Notes: generated by a model from the letters alone, not told the origin. DNA of 64,000 nt from Chiloscyllium plagiosum (GCF_004010195.1 NC_057728.1:52112732-52176731); one strand, 5' to 3'. Numbered from the stretch's first letter, positions 50,195 to 63,644 are shown. Numbers and translations: made by a program.

Positions 50195-52391
50195 AACAAT
50201 TATAGTATGTATTGAATTTTACAATCACTGAATTTTACATTACAGAGAATTAATTCTGGGAATTTTCTGACTTAAGTATCTATCTGCAGACTCCAAAAAC
50301 AGATAATTTTATCTTCCTAAGTAAATAAGTATGTTTTTAATCCTATACAAAATAACCTAAAACACAGTAAATGTCAAACACAAGTTATTTTAGATGGAGC
50401 TGTAAAATGTACAGACGCAAGGTCATTTTAACATTCAGTAAAATGGATGATACTGGATTCGGTTTATAATGCACCTAATTTTCATTTCTGCCTATACTTC
50501 TCCTAGTTTTTGGGAGAAACATATAACAGATGACCAATTCAATAACTCCTATTTTACACCAACAAAATTAACACTGCCACCAGTACTTCAGAAATTATTT
50601 CCAAAATTTATCACCCACTGTAAAATACAATTTTAGTATAGGAAATAATGTAAGGAAACAATTCATTTAAATAAATATTTCATTGATCAGAACTTTTGAA
50701 TCTGCATAGATCAAGTCAATTCCTCCTATACTTGCTAGTATATTTCATTTGAAGGTTTCCATGAGGTAACTATGCAATTTCTTATTTTGAAACTGTGTAA
50801 GTGCTGAATAAGAAAAGCAAAAGGATTCCCATTGCAATATGCCAGTATATATTATACTACCCTGCCCTCTCGATTGATTAAAAGGCCAGGGTGGGGATGT
50901 GGGTGGATAGAGGAATGTTTTTAGAGATTCACACTAAAGTGCCCCTTTCATTGAGAAAACCATTTTAACTGCAGAAGAGTTACAGTAAGTATTTGTCTTA
51001 TCCGCTTAATTTAAAAGGACAACAGGAATTTTTAAAATCTTTTGTTGAAATTCAAAATAGACATCCTTCACAAAAACTAGTTAAGGAAACCTCTCCTCCC
51101 CACTTCATGCGAGAAACTCACAACTGATATTTCAGTTCTCATGTGACACTATTTCATGTAAGTTGCCAGCATGGTGTTTAATGCTGTTATATCATAATTG
51201 CACAAAATAATATTTTTATACGTTATGTATACCTTCAGGGTTGCTTGTTTTCAGTATGCAAAGGGATTAAATCATATCACTGTTCATACAAAAAATATGG
51301 CGGTCACAAATCTCCCCTCATTTATTTTTAGTGCTTTAAAACTGCAACTACTATGGATTAATTATGTTTTAACACTATGGATTCAGGAAATCTGAGATAG
51401 AAACAGAAAATGCTGAAAATACTCAGCATGAAAAGTCAATATTTTTCTTTCCTTCACTGAATTGCTTAATTTGCTGAATATTTCAAATATTTTCTATTTT
51501 TTGTTCTGTCAACTGAAATCCTATTGCAATAGTAAAAAGGAACTCAAGAGTAGTAACAAACATGGCACACCTCACTATTTAAATGGTTTGGTAACGCATG
51601 CTGTGCCAGCTGGTACTACACATACCTGAAAAAAAAGGCAAAATCACCATAATTGTTTTTAAACAGACTGAAAGAAAACCTGACAAATCACTTAAACTGC
51701 TAATTGGAAAAAGAACACACAGAAGTTTTGATATTCATGTTTGTTTGATATTGAGTTCATCAGTAGTTATACTAATTGGAACTCGATATTTAGCTAACAA
51801 TAAACAAAAATCTGCCATAAATTATAATCCATAAGGGATGCAAGGTTTCTTATAAATGTTCTCTGTAATACAGTGATGAACTGGAATAAATTTTCTTTTT
51901 TTGGCAATTCAACTTCACAAGGTGGCAGAAAACTACATGGAAAAAAATCAAACCTGCATTCCTTATAGTACAAGTAGGTTTACAAGAATATTTAACAAAC
52001 TTTTTCCACCACAAAACAATGATATATTTGAAGTAAGTTTAGGAAGAGATTCTGACTTAGTGAGCTAAATACTAATTATTCAAAGTAAGAAAGTTCTTGA
52101 CTGCTCTGGGCAACTCAAAACAATTGAGCAGATAAAGGTCACTAAATTTATAGAAACACTTCTGAATAGTTCTGCCTATCATTCAAATAGGCTCTCTTAT
52201 TCAAGTAGTCCACTACACAGAAAGCTTTGCAAAAGGCAGGTATTCCAGCTTGGAAATTGACCAGAAAACTGCAATGAAATCATTACTTGTGAATCTGTTG
52301 GACAGAAAGCGACAATGAGGATATGCAACACAGAACTTTATATCCATTCAGCCTAAATCTGGGTTAAAAAAAATCCCTGAAATTTAGGCAG

Positions 52392-52492
52392 TTACTGCAG
52401 AACATATATCACAATAATAGAGGTAAATAGCAGCAGCTGGTTACAGGAGAAAATCGAGGCTGATCCAAAGTTTGGATTCCAGTTAGGGTATT
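52392..52492 (-). CDS. GLIPR1-like CAP protein, last coding exon (hydrophobic tail)
   Basis: cttttcgcag|AA TAC...CAG TAA; (K)YPNWNPNFGSASIFSCNQLLLFTSIIVIYVLQ*; phase matches the upstream micro-exon. Confidence 0.82.
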
Positions 52493-52581
52493 CTGCGAAA
52501 AGGTGAAGAGAAGATCTGTAATTGTTTTGTTATAACAATGTTAACAACAAACAAAAATATTTAGAAATATAAGGCACCTAC

Positions 52582-52608
52582 TTCTGATAGCATCCCGCTT
52601 TACATCTC
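52582..52608 (-). CDS. GLIPR1-like 27-bp micro-exon
   Basis: attag|GA GAT GTA AAG CGG GAT GCT ATC AGA A|gtaggt gives RDVKRDAIR, equivalent to the short NRQRDQVK segment of GLIPR1. Confidence 0.8.
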
Positions 52609-52757
52609 CTAATAATACAAATGGAAAAATGTAAGTGTAAATTGCAGCTAAGGTTAAAATAATTTCCTGGAATTGCCTTGAACTTAGTCTGCTTTTTCAA
52701 TTGTGAAAGCTTCAACGCAGCTAATGGCATAAGAAAACAATGTGATATTTAACTTAC

Positions 52758-52840
52758 TGCATAATTTATCACGGCAATTGTCAGCGCATGTTTCACAAGA
52801 AGTGCCTGACGAATATGGTAAAGCCCCAATATAATTTCCA
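52758..52840 (-). CDS. GLIPR1-like exon (hinge / Cys-rich)
   Basis: ttttacag|T GGA AAT...TGC A|gtaagt; GNYIGALPYSSGTSCETCADNCRDKLC; 83 bp. Confidence 0.9.
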
Positions 52841-52975
52841 CTGTAAAAAAAATGGAAATTGGAAAAACAAATTATTAATAATAATAGTAAGTTGAAAAAA
52901 CATTAGTAAAAGTCTGCATTGAGCTCCCCGAGACAATATCACAGAAATAAATAGCAGTGGTTAGCACTGCTGCCT

Positions 52976-53272
52976 CACAGCGCCAGGGACCCGGATTCGA
53001 TTCCAGCCTCGGGCGATTGTTTGTGGGGAGTTTGCAGATTCTCCCCGCGTCCGCTTGAGTTTCATCAGGTGTTCTGGCTTCCTCCCACAATCCAAAGATG
53101 TGCAGGTTAGGTGAATTGGTCTGCTAAATTGCCCATAGTGTTAGGTGCATTAGTCAGAAGTAAATATAGGGTAGGGGAATGGGTCTGGGTGAATTACTCT
53201 TCAGAGGATCGGATGCGGACTTGTTGGGCTGAAGGGCCTGTTTCCATACTGTAGGGAATCTAATCTAATCTA
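52976..53272 (+). mobile_element. HE1/V-SINE
   Basis: Head, core and aatct tail. Confidence 0.85.
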
Positions 53273-55169
53273 TAAGAAAAAAAATAGAAGACAGAGCATT
53301 GAAAGGTCTGAGAATTCTTGGCTGACCAGGAAACCACAAAAACAGATTTATAACAAAGCTGTGGAATGTGAAAAAGATCAAAAATAAGAGACAGAAAATG
53401 AAATAAAATCTAAAATTGTGAAATCAGAAACATGTTCCTCTCGTAACACAGAGCAAAAATTTATAGTTGGTAACCATAAGGTGAAAAAATGTATTTCAGG
53501 AAAATATATGGAAAGACTAATATATAAAACAGAAAAAATCTGTGGGGATTCCAGGATATTTCATGTGATTTATTGTCACGGGAAGAGTACGCATACTTTA
53601 TAGTGAGCTGGCATCTTGAACAACTGCTATGCATCGGGTATAGGCATGCTCACAGTACTATCAGGAAAGGAGTTATGTCTGGTTTCGTTTCTTTTAGACT
53701 TCATTGAGATTTGGTACAACTGAGTGGCCTGAATGCCTACTTCAGATCGCATTTCAGAGTTGAACACACTGCTGAAAGACTGGTGTCACATGTAAAATTT
53801 CTCTTCCTAAAAGCCATTAGTAACCAAATAGATTTTTAAACAGTGAAACTTATTTCTTTCAAAAATTCACAATTTTATTAACTGAATTCAAATTCCACTG
53901 TGGATTATATCAAATCCCACCAGCTCTCATGGTGGGATTTTAGTCATTGCCTCCAGAGTAACCTGGGCCTCAGGATTACTACACTGCCAACCACTTCCCC
54001 ACTAAATACCATTGCCAATATCCCATTGGTCTCACTGGAAGCTCAGTTTTGAGTTGCTAAATCTATCCTATTTAGCACAATGGTAATGCCTCTATAATAT
54101 AATGGCGAATATTCTCAATGCAAATACTTTATCTGCATCAGGACTGCACAGTATTTTGTCCTACTAACACTGTCATGGACAGATATATCTGAGACTGGTA
54201 AATTGCTGAGGTGAAGGTAAAGCCATTTTTTTTTTGTGTTGGTTCCCTTACCATCAGTCTCCAGTCAGGTCTGGAACCTATATCCTTCATGACCCAACTA
54301 TTTCAAATGCCCCAACTAAGAGTACATAGTAAAGTGTACATATACTAAGATTGCCTTTGCTGCTCTCAGTGGTTCTTCTAAGTGGTGTACAAGCATAGAA
54401 AATAGGAGTAAGAAAAGAACATTCAGCCCACTGAACCTTCCCTGTCATTGAACAGGTTCATGATCGGTCATCCAACTCAGTTCTCTGCTCCTACGTTCTT
54501 CCCAAAGCCTTGACTCCCTTAGCCCTAAGAACCTAATCTAAGTCCTTCTTGAATATGTTCAATGTTTTGGTCTCAAAACAAGTTGGAGGAGTACTGATTT
54601 ATCTGCTGAGGGTCCATGTTTAAGTTGATATGATGCAAATAGTGATAATGGAATCTTACATAATCCTAATATTTAATATAAAAAGTGTGAAGAAAGAAGG
54701 GTGAAAAATATTCTTCACGTGTGTTAAAAAGAACCTTGCAACTAGTAATATTCAGCTAATAACTGCATCCAACCATAATGTCAATGTGCTGTCTCCTGGT
54801 ACTGAGTCAATAAACTGCCTTCAATTCAACTTTAGCTAATACAATATCTTACGAAGGAGTTTATCAAATGTCTTTTGGAAGTCCAAATAAATATCATCCA
54901 CAGACATTTCATTTTCCAACACTTGAATAATCTGTTCAGTCATCCATTCTGTAATAATAGATTCAATCTTCACACAGTAAATGCCAGATTAACTAGTCTC
55001 TAAGTTCTTGGTTTTTCTCCTCCCTTTCTTGAAAGTATGACTGCACAGTAGTGTTACAACTGTGACCCTATTTAGTGTCATTAGCACATTTGGAAATATT
55101 ACAAGTGGTTCCCACATCCAAATAATTTATTTAGATTGTGAATTGTTGTGGATGTAGCAGAGACTCTTG

Positions 55170-55790
55170 TATACCTCACCTGCAATCCTGAGAATGATCT
55201 GCTTATTCCTACTCTATGCTTTCTCTCTGTAACCAATTTTTTAATCCATTCTATTAATATTTATCCCATTCCACACCCTCTAATTTTATTTATGAACCTC
55301 CTTGTGAGACATAAACAAAAGCTATCTGAAAATCCAAATACAGTACATCTACTGGTTCTCCTTTCTCTATGTTGCAAGTACCATCCTCAAAAAAATTCAA
55401 ATAAATTAATCAAGCATGATTTCCCTATCATAAATGCACGGTTAGTCTGAGCAATTTTGCTATTCTTTTCTAAATGTTCAGTTATCACATCCTTTATAAT
55501 AGATTCTAACATTTTCCTTACTATAGTTGTCAAACTAATAGGTCTAGAGTTTTCTCTCTCCCTTATTCTCCCTTCTAAAATAGTGGGGTTACATTTTCTA
55601 GTTCCAGTCAACAGAAACCTTTCTAGAATATGTAGAATTTTGAAAGATAACCACCAACCCATCCACTCTCTCTTTTGCTACCTCAGTCAATGACCTTGGA
55701 TAAAGCTCATCTGAAAGGGAGATTTATCACCCCTCAATCAAGCTAATTTTTTTTCAAGTACTACATCTTTACTAATACTAATATCTTTTA
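55170..55790 (-). mobile_element. Old CR1 RT remnant
   Basis: RPISLTTIVRKMLESII...GKSCLINLFEFF. Confidence 0.75.
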
Positions 55791-56024
55791 GCTTTTCAGT
55801 TACACAATGACATCATTTGCCTCGTATTTCTGCTCATTCTATGCTGTAAAGTCATAAAGCTTTCATGGCTACTTGCTCCTAAATGCTGACAACTTGTTGA
55901 TTTTGTGGCTAATAATCTCTTGAATATTACTGCATATAACTCACGTAGGTCACGGAGCTGATAAAGAACAGTCCTGTTGTTACATGGATCCCATATCATA
56001 TTTTACTTAAGGAAATTAATAACT

Positions 56025-57392
56025 CATTTTGGAAAGGCAAATCAAAGCAGAATTTATGCACTTAATGGTAAGGTCCTAAGAAATGTTGCTGAACCAAGAG
56101 ACCTTGGAGTGCAGGTACATGGTTACTTGAAAGTGGAGTCGCAGGTCGATAGGATAGTGAAAGCGGTGTTTGGTACGCGTTCCTTTATTGGCCAGAGTAC
56201 AGGAGTTGCAAGGTCATGTTGCAGCTGTACAGGACATTGGTTAGGCCACATAGAAGCAAAGAGGTTCTTCTGCAGCTGTACAGGGCCCTGGTGGGACCAC
56301 ACCTAGAGTACTGTGTGCAGTTCTGGTCTCCAAATTTGACGAAAGACATTCTGGCTATTGAGGGAGTGCAGCATAGGTTCACGAGGTCAATTTCTGGAAT
56401 GGCAGGACTACTTTACGCTGATAGACTGGAGCAACTGGGCTTGTATACCCTTGAGTTTACAAGACTGAGAGGGGATCTGATTGAGACATATAAGATTATT
56501 AAAGGATTGGACACTCTGGAGGCACGGAACATGTTTCCGCTGATGGGTGGTCCTCTGGTCCGAACCAGAGGACACAGCTTAAAAATACGGGGTAGACCAT
56601 TTAGGACAGAGCTCAGGAGAAACTTCTTCACCCAGTGAGTGGTGGCTGTGTGGAATGCTCTGCCCCAGAGGGCAGTGGAGGCCCACTCTCTGGATTCATT
56701 TAAGAAGGAGTTGGATAGAGCTCTCAAAGATAGTGGAATCAAGGGTTATGGAGATAAGGCAGGAACAGGATACTGATTAGGAATGATCAGCCATGATTAT
56801 ATTGAATGGCGGTGCAGGCTCGAAGGGCTGAATGGCCTACTCCTGCACCTATTGTCTATTTGGAATATTGTGTGCGATTCTGGTCTCCCTCTTATTGGAA
56901 GGATGTTGTGAAATTCAAAAGGGTTCAGAAAAGACTTACAAGGATGTTGCCAGGGTTGAGCTATAGGAAAAGATTGAATAGGCTGGGGCTGTTTTCCCTG
57001 AAGAGTCGGAGGCTGAGGGGTGACCTCATAGAGGCTTATAAAATCATGAGGGGCATGGATCGTATAAGTAGACAAAGTCGTTTCCCCAGGGTGGGGAACT
57101 CCAGAACTAGAGGGCATAGGTTTATGGTGAGAGGGGCAAGATTTAAAAGGTATCTAAGGGACAATGTTTTCACATAGAGGGTGGTGTGTGTATGGAATAA
57201 GATGCCACAGGAGGAAGTGGAGGTTGGTACAACTGCAACATTTAAAAGGCATCAGATGGGTATATGAATAGGAAGGGTTGAGATGTATATGGGCCAAGTG
57301 CTGGCAAATGGGACTAGATTAGGTTAGGAAATCTGGTCGACATGGACAGGTTGGACCGCAGGGTCTGTTTCTGTGCTGTATACCTCTATGAC
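56025..57392 (+). mobile_element. CR1 3' fragment with a second, younger CR1 (about 56250-56858) nested inside
   Basis: The host breaks at ...ggttaggccac and resumes at ttggaatattgtgtg; the insert encodes LQLYRALVGPHLEYCVQFWSP...FFTQ with its own tail. Confidence 0.88.
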
Positions 57393-57519
57393 TCCAGTGC
57401 AACATATTTATCACAACTAGTTGACATTTCCTCATAGATATATACGCACTGATCAGGACGACATAGCAGATCTTCTGGTGCAGCTCAAAAGAATCCAGCA
57501 TCATAAAAATGTCTTTAGA

Positions 57520-58600
57520 TCTACAGCACAGAAATAGGCTCTTTGGCCAAGTTAGTCTATGCTGGTGAAAAACAACCACTTTACTATTCTAATCCCATTT
57601 TCCGGCCCTTGGTTCATGGCCTTATATGCCATGGTATCATAAATGTTTCTTAAAATGTTATGAGGGTTTCTGCCTCTACTACTCTTACAGGCAGTGACTT
57701 CCAGATTTCCACCACCCACAGAGTGAATTTCATTTTCCTCATATCTCCTGCTGTTTACCTTAAATCTATGTCTCCCAGTCACTCATCCTTCCCACTAAAG
57801 GGAAAGTTTTTTTTCCCTTCTATCCTATCGTTGCCCTTCATAATTTTAAATATCTCAATCAAACTCCCCCTCAGTCTCTTCTGCTCCAAGGAAAACAATG
57901 CCACGCAATCAATCTTACTTCACAATTAAAATACTCCAGTCCAGGCAGCATCCTAATAAATCTTCTCTGTACCCTCTTCAGTGCCATCCCATTCCCCTAA
58001 TAATGTGGATTCCGGAACACCTTCATGTCTTAAACTCTATGCTTCAGCTAATAAAAACAAGTATTCTATAAGTCTTCTTAATCACTTTGTCTACCTGTCC
58101 TGCCACCTTAAGGGATTGGTGGACATGTACATTAAGGTTCTTCTGAAACTTGATGATTTCCAAGGTCCTTTTTTTCATCATATATCCCCACAAATTGTTT
58201 ATCTTGCCCTAGCGTATCATCTCATATGTATCCATATTGAATTCCATTTACCATTGATGAGCCCATGTCAATCCTCCTGAAATCTAAGGTTATTTTGACT
58301 ATTTACCACACCACCAATTTTTGTATCATCCCCAAATGTACTCATGAACCCTGCTATATTCAGTCTAAATTGACATATATATTACATACAGTGAAGAGTC
58401 CCAATACTGATCACTGCAAACTACACTGGACAAAGGCTTCCAGTCACAAAAACATCCCTTGACCATCAAACTTGGTTTCCTGCCATTCAGCCAATTCTGG
58501 ATCTAGTTAGCCAAATTTTCCTGGATCCCATGGGCCCTTACCTTCACTATTTAGTCCCCCATACGGGACCTTGGCAAAAGATTTGCTGAAGTCCAAGCAG
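57520..58600 (-). mobile_element. Old CR1 remnant
   Basis: Antisense CR1-like 3' end and RT remnants (gatttgctgaagtcca, reverse of a DFSK-like motif). Confidence 0.6.
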
Positions 58601-60900
58601 ACTTACAAGAGTCTCCTTGGATGTTAAGTCGAAGAAGAGCAAGTCATCCAGAAACACAGGAGGAACTTGAAATGAAGGCTGCCAAAAACTTTATCCAACA
58701 TATACATGAAGGTGACAGGGGCATTACAAAGTCCAAATAGCGTCCTTTGTGCCTGTGTGGAATGCAGTCTTTTCAATATCTTGTTCAAGAATGGATAGCT
58801 TGCTTATAACCATCGGTCTAATTAGGACTGCAGACATACTTTGCACCTTTGAGAACTTGCAATGCTTCCTCAATTCTGGGTAGAGAGTGAGCATCCTTGA
58901 GTCTTTGCATTGAGTGCCTGACAATTAGCAGGCTATCATCCTCACAAGAACAATGTGGGAGATGTACAGACTCATCATTCTTGAACCACACCTCGTTCTA
59001 AAGACTTCTACAGGTAATTCTAGACTTTCTCCCAGTGATGCAGTGTGATCCTAAGATAAGGAATCTTTAATGGTTATCTGTCCTCACAATCCTGTCTTAT
59101 CAGATCACAATAACCAATCATAAGTTTTACTGAAAGTCATCCCATACTTCATGTGAGTAGAAGTAAACTGCCTCCTCTGAGTCATCTCCAATCCACCAAC
59201 ATCCATCCTTAAAATGTTGTTAAAGGTGTCTTCTCCACTTTAGCCACTGTCCATGACAATAGCAGTTTAAGGACACCTACAAGCATTCTTGGTTGGAAGT
59301 AAACAGCTTTGTTGCTGAAACTGGCAATCTCCATGGGTAACCTAACCTCTTCTCTGCAAGGTCCATCTCCTTCATCTCCTCATTTGAAGGAGCCCCCAAG
59401 TCTCCTGAGACAGAGATAGCCACCAGAAATGGTCATGCTGACTGTCACTACCTCCTCTTCCATCTCTGCCTCATCTTCCACTGGGTCAGCTAGCACTGCC
59501 AAGGGAGCCGTCTACAAGAAAGGCTTGAAAAAGACAGTGACAAACCCCATCAGGAAGTGGCAAGCAAGTAAAAGCATCACTGGAACCACCATCAGTGAAT
59601 TTACAACCCTTACAAACCAGTGACTTGGCTGAATGAAGAGGCATAAATCAAGCTTACAGAATTTAACCAGATGCTCAAGGAACAAATGTTGATCCCATCA
59701 TCCCTTTGTAAATGAAGACAGTGTTTCCATCTCACTAAATTTCACACACACTTGTACGGCAAGTTTCTATCACTCTACGTAAGACAAAGTCTTTTCCAGA
59801 AGGTACCCCCTCAACTGGTTCTTGGTGGGAGGCTCATCAAGTTTAAAAGCTGATCAGAAGCGAAGGTCCATGAGGTCTCTTTACCTGATGGCAATGGTCA
59901 TTAAGGACATCTCATCTGGAGTGCCCAGCCCGATCACAATTCCATCATTTCTTAACAGCATCCCTTGGATGGGATCTGCTATTAGACCTACTGTGGAAAT
60001 CAGACAGCAAGAATTTATGTAGCATTCTGTTCTGCCTGCCTCTTCAGAATGAGGTTTACATTCCCATTTACACACACAGTCACATCCCTGATGGTAGCCA
60101 ACTTCCTGGTCTGAGGAATCCAGTCTTTCTCCATGTTTTGGATAACATACTCTTGTGCTTCAAAGAAAGATAATTGAGGTCTGTCATTATTAAGCCTCCT
60201 CAACTCTGCATGGATGTTCTCAGCTCTCATTGTTTCTGTCCTTCAGTATCATGTTCTTGATCAGTAGGGATTGGAGGATATTATTCAACAACTTTACCAC
60301 CTCAAGACTGACATAAACGAAATGTTCCGCTTCGGCTGCCTTGCACACATAAAACATTTACTGTAACCGTGTTAGATTACTGCTGTCCTTAAAAGCCCTT
60401 GTCAGAAGCTCAATGGTCCATTGCAGACTTCTTTGAGCATCTGTACCTCTATCCAGTATTGCTTGATAGGACTTCCCACACATGTTCCATCCATTGCAAA
60501 CACCACTTGCTCACTCACGTTGAAGCCCCTTGATGCCAAGAACAGCTACATGTCCTCAATTCATACTTTAAATCGCTGGTTTATGTGGTATTTCTGGTCT
60601 CCCTTCAAATCTATTTTAGTCAACAGTAAGTAGAAAATCCAAACTAGAGAAGTGCTTTCTTCCTCCATAGCATCAAGGGAATAGCATCCTGTGCAAACAC
60701 CTGACCCTCCAATAATCCAGGAGCTACGTCAGCCTCCCTCATGGAGGCTTCCAGTTTCAACTCTTCCACTGTCCACTCCAGCCTGGCCTGGCCAGGCATC
60801 TTTCAACTTCACCTGCAATGATGCCTGTGCAGTAGAATCCTGCTGACTATGCCTGAAATTTGAGAACATAGATGGCCCAATGATCATGTAACAGGGGTTC
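58600..60900 (-). mobile_element. Possible highly decayed Gypsy internal remnant
   Basis: EQDIEKTAFHT (RT KTAF motif) at about 58755-58790; shares aaatttcacacacacttgt..ggcaagtt with about 37657-37685. Confidence 0.4.
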
Positions 60901-63105
60901 TTTATACTACTGGAATCAGGTCATTACAAACAGGAAATGAAATTAAGCATAAACAAAGAGCATATGTACATTGAATGACCCTCTTTGTCACTATCTTGTC
61001 ATCACCCCTCTCTCCAAAAAGGCTCTTTTCCACCTTTTCTGCATGTATCCCCCTTAAACTTTTCACCTTTCACTTTGAACGCTTGACCTCTTGTTACTTA
61101 ATCCTTCACTCTGGGAAAAAGCACATCTCTATCTACCCTGTCTATACTGGGTGGATGGATTGACAGATTTAATAAAACACACCAGATAGTAGAGATCCAG
61201 GTGAGACTTTTTTTCCAACAGTAACCTTGAAGAATGCTAAGCTAGGTAACAGCTTGCCTGTTGACCTTTAAGCATAAATGTTAGTAATTTTTGACAATCT
61301 GGTTGTCAAAAAAATGGACATTCTTCAATACTGCTACTTTACTCATATTTGCATGTTCTTCTGCATTTAGGTGATAACAGCAATGTAAGAGTTCCAATAA
61401 CCCTAACCCTAACCCTTTTGTCAATTGCTCAAGAATAAAGGAATCAAAATCAAATATTTTCATTACAGTTTTTACTGGCTCAATTCTGAACCTCCATTAT
61501 ATAAAAACTCTCAAGGGTAATGATTTAAATAATTGTAATGATTACATACATTGCATGCTTTGATTTAATGGCAGTTTAAATTAATGACTGACTTATAGGA
61601 ATAACTTTATTTTTATGAGGTATGGCTATCATAGGCTAGGGACAGAGCAGCAGCCACAGAATTATTACCTTATTACGTCTTCTTATCAACAATTCTTTTT
61701 CAATTAAAAGGCAATCACGATGCAGTATTATCAATTTTTAAAACAATGGTCTTTTATTCATTTCACTTATTCATCACATTTTCAGGTGGTGTTGCTTGTG
61801 TGTATTTGCTGCCCTTGTTCTGTGATAGTAGTTACAGATTTGGAAGGTATTTTTGAAATATTCTTGGCAAGATCTTTCAGTATATCTTGTAGATGGCGCA
61901 TACAGAGATGCCACTTTTGGTGAAATCAATGCATGTGAGGATCTAAAATTTTGAATTTAGGCTGTTGTCAGAAGCAACAAGTATATGTAAATTTTTATTA
62001 ACCACAAAATAGATTTTCAATTTAAAATAACATAACAAAATGGCTTTAGAATTTTCTTTGACACTGTGAACTTGGACTGATACTTTGCCGAGTTGGGTAA
62101 GATTAGAGAAAACAATGGTGTTTTCATAATATGAATCATGAGACAGTGACTTGGTATTTGAACTAACCTTACACTAGCAAGCATGGGATGATTTTGTGCG
62201 TCAATCTGTTTCTCAAGAAATATCATTGGATTAGCCTGCTGTAAATCATGTCACCTTATTACATTTGATCAATCTTTCCTTGTAATTAAGGTTGTACATA
62301 TAAGTAATGTGTAATTTTCGAATGTAATTGCAAAATTTTGACATGGAGCACGAAGCTTTAACCTCTATGTTGCTGGACAGAATTGCGTCAAGATGCCTTA
62401 CTTTATTAAACTGATAATCTTGCTTTGTACAGACCCGCATTCCATTGATTCTTTTGACTGATCTCGAACCAAAAGGCCCATTAAGAGGGGTCTAGATCTT
62501 CACATATTTCAGGTCCTTTCTCATTTAGATGGTGGACAAACTTAGAGAATCTACAGGCAAGGTTCTTGTCACAAAATTCCCAATATCTTATATTCCCTAG
62601 TATTTATATGGCTGGTCCATTTAAGTTTCTGATTAATGGTAACTCCCAAGGTATTATTTTGGGAGGATTCAGCAATGATAATGCTGCTAATGCCAAGGGG
62701 AGATGATTAGCTTTCCTGTTGTTGAAATTGGTCATTGCCTGAATTTTGTTCAGGTCTTACTCAATGTTAGCAAAGTAGCTAACTAATTGCAAGTTGACAC
62801 TCTTAACTGTGCAATCATCAAATATTCCCATTTCTGACTTTATATATTATTGGAAGAACAATTGAAAATTGTTTAGCTCATAAAACTACCCTGAAGATAT
62901 CCTGCAGCAACACCCTGGGGCTGAGATGACTGATATTAAAAACTTACAACCATCTTCCTTTATGCCAAGGCTCCCACCCAGATTTCACCTTGATTCCTTT
63001 TGCCACAGTCAGTGAAACATCGCCTTGATTTCAAAGACAATCACTTCTTACATCAACAAAATCGAAGTATGTTTTCAATTATAAAAAAACAACTACAAGA
63101 CTTAC

Positions 63106-63221
63106 GCTGGTGCATAGTTACAGACAAAAACTAAACCCGGTCCTTTAAATCCAGAAGATTTAATTCCTTTGGGACAATCAGAAACTGCACATCCAACTTT
63201 ATAAGAATTTGCCCATACGAC
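63106..63221 (-). CDS. GLIPR1-like CAP/SCP-domain exon
   Basis: ttgcag|GTC GTA TGG...CCA GC|gtaagt; VVWANSYKVGCAVSDCPKGIKSSGFKGPGLVFVCNYAPA includes the CAP motifs (Q)VVW..SYKVGCA and FVCNY.P.GN; 116 bp, phase 2 joins 52840. Confidence 0.92.
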
Positions 63222-63567
63222 CTGCAAAGTAATAAGACTATTTAACATTAAGTGCAGTATTTTTTTATTTTATAAACAAAGTTATGATCTGCATGCTATA
63301 TCTATAAATAAAACAAAATCTATTCAAGATCAGAAAACTAATGAGAACAGAACTTCATATCTCATTGCTAAACTGATAGCATTTGCTTCTGGTAAGGACA
63401 ATAGACATTTTTAAAATGAAAACAGAATATTGGCAATTTACTTGAACAAATTATTCTTCTACACGTCTCTGCACAGACATTAAAATATAAGGAACCTTTT
63501 GGAGGTTCCATTGAAGAAACATCAGGATACAACAGAATTATGGAATTAACAGTTACTGTTTTCTAGA

Positions 63568-63637
63568 TATTTATATATACTCGAGATATTTACATAATAT
63601 ATATATATAATGTAAATATCTCGAGTATATATAAATA
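63568..63637. repeat. AT-rich palindrome
   Basis: Perfect 28-bp inverted arms 63568-63595 / 63610-63637 around a (TA)n spacer. Confidence 0.95.
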
Positions 63638-63644
63638 CTCATTC

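Noticed and set aside
52640..52850. Initially looked like a conserved non-coding element
   Set aside because: Explained by the minus-strand GLIPR1-like coding exon.
61398..61415. (TAACCC)3 telomere-like repeat
   Set aside because: Only three units; too short to call an interstitial telomere.
62240..62480. TAAT-rich intronic stretch as a possible enhancer
   Set aside because: Composition alone is not evidence; it needs cross-species alignment.
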